A stretch of 64,000 bases of DNA from Scyliorhinus canicula (taxonomy: Eukaryota). The notes under the pieces are model-generated. The model saw nothing but the letters and a program-made list of their open reading frames with translations. It made no database searches and was not told the DNA's origin. Made by a program: the position numbers and the translations under genes. Below, one piece after another: positions 1-10,597 of the stretch; position 1 is the first letter of the stretch, and each line of letters starts with the position of its first letter. The stretch lies in NCBI RefSeq assembly GCF_902713615.1, contig NC_052157.1:58354325-58418324 (forward strand), given 5' to 3'.

Positions 1-1412
1 GTATTGTCAAGATTATCCAGAGGTTTGGGATATAGGAATTCCATTCATATTGTTTGGAATTAGGGATGCACCTAATGAGTCTACCAAATTTAGTCCTTTT
101 GAACTAATTTTTGTTCATGAGGTAAGAGGACCACTTAAATTGATTAAGGACAAATTGGTGGGTGAGAAATCGGAAATTACACTATTGGATTGTATGTCAA
201 ATTTTAGGGAATGATTAAATAGAGCAGGTGAATTGGCTAGACAACATTTGAAAGTTGTACAAAACGTGATGAAACGGGTAGAGGACAAGAAATCCAAAGT
301 TCGTGGTTTTGTCAGTGGGGATAAAGTTTTAATGTTGTTACCAGTGGTAGGTGAGCCTTTAAAAGCTAGGTTTTGTGGACCGTATCAGATTGAAAGGAAA
401 TTAAGTGAGGTGAATTATGTGGTAAAAACACCAGATAGAAGGAAGACTCACCGAGTGTGTCATGTGAATATGCTTAAAAGGTACTTTGAAAGGGAAGGGG
501 AGAAAAAGGAGGTTTTGATGATTCTAACTCAAAATGATGAACCAAATCTAGATGACGGTGAATTTGACAAACCTCAAATTAAATTGGAAATGTGGATGTT
601 CTTAAAAAATGGGATGAATTGTTAAGTTAACTTCTAGAGGAAAAACAAACTGACTTGAAAGAGTTATTGATATCACATGGGCAAGTTTGTAGAGATAAAT
701 TGGGAAGTACTAAAATGGCTATACATGATGTAGATGTGGGAAATGCTGTTCCGATCAAACAACATCCATATAGACTTAATCCTTTAAAATTGGCACAGGT
801 TAACAGAGAGATTGAGAGTATGCTGAAAAATGGCATAATTGAAGTGGGTTGCAGCCAATGGAGCTCATAGTGATGGTACCTAAACCAGACGGTACCCAAC
901 GGTTGTGTGTGGACTATCGAAAGGTGAATGCAGTTACAAGAACGGACTCTTACCCAATCCCACGTTTGAAGGATTGCATTGAGAAAGTGGGACAATCTGC
1001 TTTTATTTCCAATTTCCAGACCTGGAAAGGACATTTAAAACACCATATGAAGTTCTTCAAACAATTTCAGGAGGCGGGTTTGGTGATGAACCTAGCCGAA
1101 AGTGAATTTGGAGAAGCCCGAATCACTTTCCTTGAGTAGTTTCCGATACCCTCAAGATGAAGGGAAATAATGCGATTTCTTAGCATGAGTGGATTTGATC
1201 GAATCTTTGTGCAAAGGTTTTGTGGCGTGATTACTCCACTGATGAACTTGCTGAAGGAATGTCAAAAATTTCAATGGACAGCGGACTTTCAACAGGCATG
1301 TGACTGCCTGAAAGCTGTGATAACCGATGCTCCTGTATTGGAGAATTGCAAGGGACTCTGTGATCAGATTGAACTGAAGTATCTAACTTTAAAGAGAATT
1401 GCTGAGGCGTAG
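1..1412 (+). mobile_element. Gypsy-superfamily LTR retrotransposon remnant with integrase upstream of RT (Gmr1-type order), internally deleted
   Basis: 1-625 reads as integrase C-terminus (SPFELIF..EVRGPL; ARFCGPYQIERKLSEVNYVVKTPDRRK). 655-1412 is RT/RNaseH in shifted frames (PIKQHPYRLNP, SQWSS, LCVDYRKVNAVT..DSYPIPR) with the YxDD block missing. Confidence 0.8.
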
Positions 1413-1654
1413 AGGAATGGATGGATCATGCATTGACTTTCTTGATCAAAGAGGCTGTCAATCGAGAAGGATTTTGGATGGAGGAAGAAGAACCGGAAAG
1501 ATGGACTTTATTATTATGCCTGTTTGTGTGTGTTGGGTTTTTTTGTGAAACAATAAAGTATATTTACTGTCTACATTTCTTACTGGATGGTGCAAAACTG
1601 AAAAATGAAACCATCTTGAAGTTGATGGTTTATTTATTTTTTCTTGGGGGGAGG

Positions 1655-2230
1655 TGTCCTGTGAGAGTGCCTTTAAGAAATGGATGTTTAAGCAATGTAC
1701 CTTTAAGAAATAGAGCACCTCATATTACTAAAGTGATGTCAAAGGGGGAGGGGGCAGCTGAGCTGAGCTCACTTCTGGTTTTGGTTTCAGTTTTGAAGAA
1801 AAGAGCTTGGGTGTGTCTGGGTTTGCAGTGAGACGGATGCGCTGTGATCTCTGCCATGAAAGACTATCTCTGAATCATTTGGGCGATTTAAACTCATAAT
1901 AGTAATGTCTTTAACCTGATGTGTTTCTGTTTAAAGGTGTTAAGTCTCTTGGATGTCTAAAGGAACATTTTGAGGGATTATTTAGTGTTGTATTATTTTC
2001 GGGGTTATCTTTGAAGTAAGGGGTGTTAGGTGATCCAATGTTTATTTAAAAGGTTAAGTTGAGTTCATGGAATAAACATTGTTTTGTGTTTAAAAACTCA
2101 CGTGTCCATAATTGTAATACCACACCTGGAGAACAAGCCTTGTGCTTCAAAAGCAACAATCCATTAAAGGTGGGGGTTGGTTGAACTCCATGATACATTT
2201 TGGGGTTCTGAAAATGCCTCTCCCATAACA
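1655..2230 (+). mobile_element. 3' LTR of the Gmr1-type element
   Basis: Begins TGT directly after purine tract GGGGGGAGG, contains AATAAA, ends AACA at 2230 where Harbinger sequence starts. Confidence 0.7.
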
Positions 2231-3542
2231 CCAGGACACCACTACCCAGGGCACCCCTACATAGGACACCCCTACCCAGGACACCCCTACCCAGGACACC
2301 CCTACCCAGGACACTGACACACATGACACCAAAATACAGGACACTGACACACAGTGGTCAGGTGGAGGCGAACCGCCACCCCAGAGTACCATAGACTCTG
2401 AGTCGGACAATGGGCACGACACAATGCCACTGCTATCTCCAACACCCTCCACCATCGCTGAGACCCTCACCTAGGTTGGGCACTTTAGGGATGAGGCATC
2501 TGGTACACTCACTGGTGCGCACAACACAGCCGTACCGGTACAGCAGGTGGAGGTAGGAGCAGCAGAGGGGCCGGGAGGTCGGAGGGCATCCTGGCGAAAG
2601 CGAACATCTGCCGCCCAGACGGGTCCCGGGTTCCTGGAGGTACCACACCCACCCATAGACCCGATGCAGCCACCAAACCTGGGACGAGGGAAGAGGATGA
2701 TGGCTGGCCTGCAGCGGCTGCAGGTGGAGGAGTGCGCCCGCGTCCAGGAGCTGGGAGTGGTGCCGGTCATGCGTGCCACCCAGGCCAAAACCGCATGGGT
2801 GGCACCCGCGGTGGAGGCAATGGGTGTGACAGTGTCAGACATGGGGAGCAGGGTGCGAGGCCTGGGGCGTTCCGTGAGGGCGGCGTGTGTGGCCCAGGAC
2901 ATGGCTTCCCTCTCACAGGAAGCCATGAGCCAAAGCCAGCGGCAGATGGCAGAGGCGCTCAACACCATGGCCCAGTCCCAGCAGGCCATGGCGCAGTCTC
3001 AGCAGGCCAGCGCTGAGGGCATCGGCACCATTGCCCAGATGCTGGTCGGAGTTGCCCAGACACAGACAGGGATGGGCAACTTCCTGAGTTCCATGGCTGC
3101 AAACCCGCAGACCCTTGTCGATACCAGCACGGGCCTCCAGGACTGGGAGTGCCAGGTGTCGGGGGGGACGTCGGATGGCCGGTCCGTTCGCACCCCTGAC
3201 CCATGTAGAGGCCCCGGGGCCATCGGGCACCCCGAGGGAGGACGAGGTGCTGGGACCCGTCTCGGGTCCCCCTGTAGGGGAGATCCAGGAACGCAGCACC
3301 TCAGACTCCCCAATTCCATCCCAGGTGCATCTGGTGGCAACGGGCAGGACAGGCTGGCAGCTCGCCATCCCAGTTGCCCGAGCCGCAGCCTGGCCCATCT
3401 AGGCCGGGCCAACCTAGGAAACGGCCGCCAAAGGGATTCCGAGTCAGAGGGCTGGAATCGCAGGAGTCCACCTCCAGTTCTGCTGTACCATCCGGGGAAC
3501 CACCTCGGCGTAGTCAAAGGGCCCGTAAGGCCAAACAATTAG
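2231..3542 (+). pseudogene. 3' part of the Harbinger accessory (normally Myb/SANT-like) gene
   Basis: Q/A/M-rich coiled-coil-like ORF 2547-3542 (MAQSQQAMAQSQQ), similar to 32180-33545 of copy 2. The Myb domain itself is not visible. Confidence 0.5.
2232..2350. repeat. Short 15-bp tandem repeat (CAGGACACCCCTACC) in the Harbinger accessory gene
   Basis: About 5 near-perfect units followed by degenerate units. Confidence 0.8.
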
Positions 3543-4159
3543 ACACTGAATAAGTTGGCATGGGTGCAGGGCACAGACAGGTTTTAGGGGCTCGGGCACG
3601 TGTGTGGGCTGTTTGTTATTAAAATCACTTTATCACCGACAGAAGCTGTCTTTGTGCTCTGTCCGAAGCGTGTGGGGGTGTCATGTATGTTGAGCGCATG
3701 TGTGTGTGTGAGTGGTGGTCTTACGTCGGCCCCAGGTGAGTGTGCCCCCCCCCCCCTCCACCTGGGCAGCCCTCGCCATCCCCCCAGGCAGAGGAGGGGA
3801 CCGTGTGCTGCAGTGTCACGGCCGCATGCAGGGATGGTCCGGGTGGAGGGTGGTACTGTGGCCATGGGTCAGACATTGTCCAATGATGTGGAGCCAGGAG
3901 CTCAGCGCAGAGCGGGTCATCATCATCCTCCATGGCCTGCAATAGACACGCTTCCACCGGCGACCGTGTGAGCCCGGCCCGTCGTTCCGCAGGTGGATCT
4001 GCAATCGAGGGGTGTCGTGCATGCGGGTGGGGTGGGTGTGGTTGGTGGGTGGGTGGGGGGGTGAGGGTGTTGGTGCTGGGTAGGTGAGGGGGGCGTGAGG
4101 GTGGTCGGATGTTGCCATGGTGTGCGGTATGTGGCCATACTCGCAGATTCCCACGCCCC

Positions 4160-5200
4160 CTAGTCAGTGAACTGGGCAGCCATCAGCCTGTCCCGTGCCC
4201 GCTGGCCCAGCCGGTAACAGTGGGCAGCCACCCGCCCATGTCCAGCCCGTCTGTCCTGACCATTGCCGCCATCCCCCTCATCTGGGGAGATCTGCGCCTC
4301 TTCCTGCTGCTCCTCCCCTTCCCCCTCCTCTGCCTGCGGCACATCGCCCCTCTGCCGGGCTATGTTGTGCAGGACGCAGCACACCACGATGATGTGGCTG
4401 ACCCTATCTGGCGGGTACTGGAGTGTGCCCCCAGAGAGATCCAGGCACCTGAAACACATTTTAAACACGCTAAAGCACCTCTCTATCACGCCCCTGGTCG
4501 CTGCATGGGCATCATTGTAGTGTTTCTCCACGTCACTCTGCGTCCTCCGTATAGGCGTCATCAGCCACGACCGCAACAGGTCACCCCCGTCGCCCAGCAA
4601 CCAGCCCCTCAGCCGGGGATGGCGTCCCTCGAACATGCCGGGGATGTAAGACCGCGACAACACGTATGAGTCATGAACACTTCCTGGGTACCTGCCGCAG
4701 ACGTGCAGGATAATCATGCGGTGGTCACAGACCACCTGGATGTTCATGGAATAGGTCCCCTTCCTATTGGTGAACACGGCCCTGTTATCCGCAGGTGGCC
4801 ACACGGCGACGTGCATCCCATCGATCACCCCCTGGACCATGGGAATACCGATTGCCGCAACAAAGCCTGCTGCCTGGACATCCTGGCTGCACAGGGAACT
4901 GGATGTAGCGGTCCGCAATGGCATATAGGGTGTCTGTCACTGCCCCGCTGCACCGATGCACCGATGCCTGCGAGATGCCGGACAGGTCCCCACTCGGTGC
5001 CTGGAATGACCCCGTGGCATTAAAGTTCAGGGCCACCGTAACCTTGACAGACACGGGGACACGGGGAGGGAGAGGATGTCCTCCCCCAGTGCAACGCGGT
5101 GCCATGTGTGCCAGCAGATGGCAGATGTGTGCCACGGTTTCCCGGCTCATCCGGAGTCTCCTCCTGCATTCCCGGTCCGTGAGCTCCTGATACGACGAGC
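4160..5200 (-). pseudogene. Harbinger (HARBI1-family) DDE transposase, frameshifted
   Basis: VQGVIDGMHV, NRKGTYSMNIQVVCD, GSVHDS, LLGDGG, VIERCFSVFKMCFRCL motifs in ORF 4160-4924; N-terminal part (RRRLRMSRETVAHIC, KVTVALNF) is in another frame. Confidence 0.9.
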
Positions 5201-8200
5201 GTTCCTCTGCAGCATGTTCCCCTGCGGCATGATCCTCTGTGGCATGTTCCTCTGCGGCAGCCAGCACTGCTGCGGCATGTTCCTCTGCAGCATGTTCCCC
5301 TGCGGCATGATCCTCTGCGGCATGTTCCCCTGCGGCATGTTCCCCGCGGCATGTTCCTCTGCCGCCTGCCCCTCTGCAGCATGATCCTCTGCGGCATGTT
5401 CCTCTGCGGCATGTTCCTCTGCGGCATGTTCCTCTGCCGCCTGCCCCTCTGCAGCATGTTCCTCTGCGGCATGTTCCTCTGCCGCCTGCCCCTCTGCGGC
5501 ATGTTCCTCTGCGGCATGTTCCTCTGCGGCATGTTCCTCTGCGGCATGTTCCCCTGCGGCATGTTCCTCTGCGGCAGCCAGCACTGCTGCAGCATGTTCC
5601 TCTGCGGCATGATCCCCTGCGGCATGTTCCCCTGCGGCATGTTCCCCTGCGGCATGTTCCTCTGCGGCATGTTCCCCTGCGGCATGTTCCTCTGCGGCAT
5701 GTTCCTCTGCGGCATGTTCCTCTGCAGCATGTTCCTCTGCGGCATGTTCCCCTGCGGCATGTTCCTCTGCGGCATGTTCGTCTGCGGCATGTTCCCCTGC
5801 GGCATGTTCCTCTGCGGCATGTTCCTCTGCGGCATGATCCCCTGCGGCATGTTCCCCTGCGGCATGTTCCTCTGCGGCATGTTCCTCTGCGGCATGTTCC
5901 TCTGCGGCATGTTGCTCTGCGGCATGTTCCTCTGCGGCTTGTTCCTCTGTGGCATGTTCCTCTGCGGCATGTTCCTCTGCGGCATGTTCCTCTGCCGCCT
6001 ACCCCTCTGCGGCATGTTCCTCTGCGGCATGTTCCCCTGCGGCATGTTCCTCTGCGGCATGTCCCTCTGCGGCATGTTCCCCTGCGGCATGTTCCTCTGC
6101 GGCATGTTCCTCTGCAGCATGTTCCTCTGCGGAATGTTCTTCTGCGGCATGCTCCTCTGCGGTATGTTCCTCTGCGGCATGTTGCTCTGCGGCATGTTCC
6201 TCTGCGGCTTGTTCCTCTGCGGCATGCCCCTCTGCGGCATGTTCCTCTGCGGCATGTTCCCCTGCGGCATGTTCCTCTGCGGCATGTTCCCCTGCGGCAT
6301 GTTCCTCTGCGGCATGTTCCTCTGCGGCATGATCCTCTGCGGCATGTTCCTCTGCGGCATGATCCTCTGCGGCATGATCCTCTGCGGCATGTTCCTCTGC
6401 AGCATGTTCCTCTGCCGCCTGCCCCTCTGCGGCATGTTCCCCTGCGGCATGATCCCCTGCGGCATGATCCTCTGCACCATGTTCCTCTGCAGCATGTTCC
6501 TCTGCGGCATGTTCCTCTGCGGCATGTTCCCCTGCGGCATGTTCCTCTGCGGCATGTTCCCCTGCGGCATGTTCCTCTGCGGCATGTTCCTCTGCGGCAT
6601 GATCCTCTGCGGCATGTTCCTCTGCGGCATGATCCTCTGCGGCATGATCCTCTGCGGCATGTTCCCCTGCGGCATGATCCTCTGCGGCATGTTCCTCTGC
6701 GACATGTTCCTCTGCGGCATGTTCCTCTGACGCATGTTCCTCTGCGGCATGTTCCTCTGCGGCATGTTCCTCTGCGGCATGTTCCCCGCGGCATGTTCCT
6801 CTGCGGCATGTTCCTCTGCGGCATGTTCCTCTGCGGCATGTTCCTCTGTGGCATGTTCCTCTGCGGCATGTTCCTCTGCGGCATGTTCCTCTGCGGCATG
6901 TTCCTCTGTGGCATGTTCCCCTGCGGCATGTTCCTCTGCGGCATGTTCCCCTGCGGCATGTTCCTCTGCGGCATGTTCCTCTGCGGCATGTTCCTCTGCG
7001 GCATGTTCCTCTGCGGCATGTTCCTCTGCGGCATGTTCCCCTGCGGCATGTTCCCCTGCGGCATGTCCCTCTGCGGCATGTTCCTCTGCGGCATGTTCCT
7101 CTGCGGCATGTTCCTCTGCGGCATGTTCCTCTGCGGCATGTTCCTCTGCGGCATGTTCCCCTGCGGCATGTTCCTCTGCGGCATGTTCCCCGCGGCATGT
7201 TCCTCTGCAGCATGTTCCTCTGGGGCATGTTCCCCTGCCGCCTGCCCTTCTGCGGCATGTTCCTCTGTGGCATGTTCCTCTGCGGCATGTTCCCCTGCAG
7301 CATGTTCCCCTGCGGCATGTTCCTCTGCGGCATGTTCCTCTGCGGCATGTTCCTCTGCGGCATGTTCCCCTGCCACATGCTCCTCTGCGGCATGTTCCTC
7401 TGCGGCATGTTCCTCTGCGGAATGTTCCTCTGCGGAATGTTCCTCTGCGGCATGTTCCTCTGCGGCCTGCCCCTCTGCGGAATGTTCCTCTGTGGCATGT
7501 TCCTCTGCCGCCTGCCCCTCTGCCGCCTGCCCCTCTGCGGCATGTTCCTCTGTGGCATGTTCCTCTGCCGCCTGCCCCTCTGCCGCCTGCCCCTCTGCGG
7601 CATGTTCCTCTGCAACATGTTCCTCTGCAGCATGTTCCTCTGCGGAATGTTCCTCTGCGGCATGTTCCTCTGCGGCATGTTCCTCTGCGGCATGTTCCCC
7701 TGCGGCATGTTCCTCTGCGGCATGTTCCTCTGCGACATGCTCCTCTGCGGCATGTTCCTCTGCGGCATGTTCCTCTGCGGCATGTTCCTCTGCGGCATGT
7801 TCCTCTGCGGCATGTTCCTGTGCGGCATGTTCCTCTGCCGCATGTTCCTGTGCGGCATGATCCTCTGCGGCATGTTCCTCTGCGGCATGTTCCTCTGCGG
7901 CATGTTCCTCTGCGGCATGTTCCTCTGCCGCATGTTCCTCTGCAGCATGTTCCCCTGCGGCATGTTCCTCTGCGGCATGTTCCTCTGCGGCATGTTCCTC
8001 TGCGACATGCTCCTCTGCGGCATGTTCCTCTGCGGCATGTTCCTCTGCGGCATGTTCCTCTGCGGCATGTTCCTCTGCGGCATGTTCCTCTGCGGCATGT
8101 TCCTCTGCGGCATGTTCCTCTGCGGCATGTTCCTCTGCAGCATGTTCCTCTGCCGCATGTTCCTCTGCCGCATGTTCCTCTGCGGCATGTTCCCCTGCGG

Positions 8201-8948
8201 CATGTTCCTCTGCGGCATGTTCCCCTGCGGCATGTTCCTCTGCGGCATGTTCCTCTGCGGCATGTTCCCCTGCGGCATGTTCCTCTGCGGCATGTTCCTC
8301 TGCGGCATGTTCCTCTGCGGCATGTTCCTCTGCAGCATGTTCCCCTGCGGCATGTTCCTCTGCGGCATGTTCCTCTGCGGCATGTTCCTCTGCGACATGC
8401 TCCTCTGCGGCATGTTCCTCTGCGGCATGTTCCTCTGCGGCATGTTCCTCTGCGGCATGTTCCTCTGCGGCATGTTCCTCTGCGGCATGTTCCTGTGCGG
8501 CATGTTCCTCTGCGGCATGTTCCTCTGCAGCATGTTCCTCTGCCGCATGTTCCTCTGCCGCATGTTCCTCTGCGGCATGTTCCCCTGCGGCATGTTCCTC
8601 TGCGGCATGTTCCCCTGCGGCATGTTCCTCTGCGGCATGTTCCTCTGCGGCATGTTCCCCTGCGGCATGTTCCTCTGCGGCATGTTCCTCTGCGGCATGT
8701 TCCTGTGCGGCATGATCCTCTGCGGCATGTTCCTCTGCGGCATGTTCCTCTGCCGCATGTTCCTCTGCGGCATGTTCCTCTGCGGCATGTTCCTCTGCGG
8801 CATGTTCCCCTGCGGCATGTTCCTCTGCGGCATGTTCCTCTGCGGCATGTTCCCCTGCGGCATGTTCCTCTGCGGCATGTTCCTCTGCGGCATGTTCCTG
8901 TGCGGCATGATCCTCTGCGGCATGTTCCTCTGCCGCATGTTCCTCTGC
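5201..8948. repeat. 15-bp tandem array (GCATGTTCCTCTGCG), about 250 units
   Basis: Direct reading. Three 14-bp variant units (TTCCCCGCGG) at about 5345, 6786 and 7191 shift the register. Confidence 0.98.
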
Positions 8949-9177
8949 ACCCCGGCACTCTCCCCTCCTTCCCTGGCACTCGCAATGTCCCATCCTCACC
9001 GGCACTCGCATTCAACCCCCCCCCCCCCCCCCACAGAGCCCTCTCCTTGCCCCCTCCTTGCCCCCCAAACCCCCGCCCCCACAGCCCCCGCCCACAGCCT
9101 TCCCCCCCCCCCCCCACAGCCACTCCCCTACACACACTTCCCTCCGCCACACACACAGACTGCGGCCACGCCGTCAC

Positions 9178-9580
9178 TCTCATAATATACACACAAGTAT
9201 ATGATGGTGCACAGTCGGACATTGATTGACACACAGGATGACCAATGAACACACAGAACACAGCAGCCAATCATCTTACAGGACACGGCCACTATAAAGT
9301 CAGAGGGCACTAGTTTTCCCACTCTCTTGGGATGCAGCCTCTGAGACAGCCAGAGCCCGTGAGCAGCAACATGGACATCCACCATGTGGTAGCAGGATAG
9401 TCTGGTTGGTTAGCCTCAGGTCTCCAGTCAACTCAGCATAGTGTCAACCCAGAGTTTATGTATGTTTAACAGTTGGTCGTTCAATAAAATAGAGTTGAAT
9501 TTCTCCAAGTGTTGGAAGCCTGTCACTCTCACTGCTGCAGTAAACACAGTCCTCACAGACCCAGCTTACCCAACACATCA
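9178..9580 (+). mobile_element. Solo LTR
   Basis: T(c)TCATAATAT...CATCA with TATAAA and AATAAA, flanked by 5-bp TSD GTCAC (9173-9177 and 9581-9585). Confidence 0.8.
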
Positions 9581-10229
9581 GTCACCTCTCCTGTGGCCAC
9601 CCCCCACGCCGTGACCAACCTCCACGCTGTACGGTGTCAACCATCAGCACTGGTTGATGCCGTTACATAGGTGTTTTGATTTATGCCGACGTGACCCGTG
9701 GTCGCATCGGCGGGACTTCGCCCCATCCGGCTGAGAGAATACGGGCAGCCCCAGGGTCCGTAGTGTCGCGCCGGCCCCCGCCATTCTCCGAGGCGTGCGG
9801 CGCGATTGACGCCTCACCGACTTTTCAGCGTTTGGAGACTTGGGGAGACGGCGGGGGCAGGATTCACGCCGGCCCCCGGCGATTCTCCGACCTGGCCCAG
9901 CGTGGGGGGGGGGGTCGGAGAATCCCGCCCCTGATTACAGAGTTCAGTGATCTCACATTTCTGTTCATTGCTATTCAACCATGTTGGCTGCACACAGTGA
10001 GACAATATGTTGGTTATGATGTGTCCACACAGCAGGACTGGGGATCACCAGGGATCAGGAATCAGGAATAGTTTCAGCTTGCTGAGGAGGAGAAGGAGAA
10101 TCTCTGGTTCCAGGTTCCTCTCCGTACATTAAGAAGCAGCGTGCCAATGTTTCATTGCCCTCTGTCTGCTAATGATACCCTGCTTGTAAATTGCTGATGG
10201 AAACAATAAGCTTTTCAGAAACAGACGGA

Positions 10230-10545
10230 CAGTATTAAAACAGGGAGGTTATGCTGAACATTTACAAAGCTCTGGTTAGGTCACAGCTAGAGTATTGTGT
10301 TCAGTTCTGGTCACCACACATTAGGAAGGATGTGAGGATCCTCGAGAGGGGGCAGAGGAAGATTTACCAGAGTGGTTCCAGGGATGAGGGGTTAGACAGA
10401 TTGTTAATCAGTAATGGGTTGAATGGTTATGGAGAATGGGTAGGATGGTGGAGTTGAGGCTATGATAAGCCACGATCGTATTGAACGGTGGAGCAGGCTT
10501 GAGAGGTTAAATTGGCTTCTCCTACTCCTTGTTTTTAAGTTCTTA
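10230..10545 (+). mobile_element. CR1 LINE 3' fragment
   Basis: YKALVRSQLEYCVQFWSPH motif and CR1-type 3' tail. Confidence 0.8.
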
Positions 10546-10597
10546 TGTTCGAAGAAAGAATTACTCTGTCTCATTCCACCTTCCAGCTCTTGGTCTA

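Larger units (their letters stand above)
2231..9930. mobile_element. PIF/Harbinger DNA transposon copy 1 (degenerate, left part cut by the LTR element)
   Basis: Convergent accessory gene (+) and transposase (-); terminus GGAGAATCCCGCCC at 9917-9930 followed by CTG; homologous to 31710-36397. Confidence 0.8.

Noticed and set aside
4160-4924. Domesticated HARBI1 host gene
   Set aside because: Frameshifted, bounded by a TIR, paired with an accessory gene and present in a second decayed copy, so it is a transposon.
4785-9270. Giant 1408/1416-aa repeat proteins, and Cys-rich metallothionein- or keratin-associated-like ORFs
   Set aside because: All six frames are open only because the 15-mer lacks stops; no splice or promoter support; the flanks are a broken transposase.
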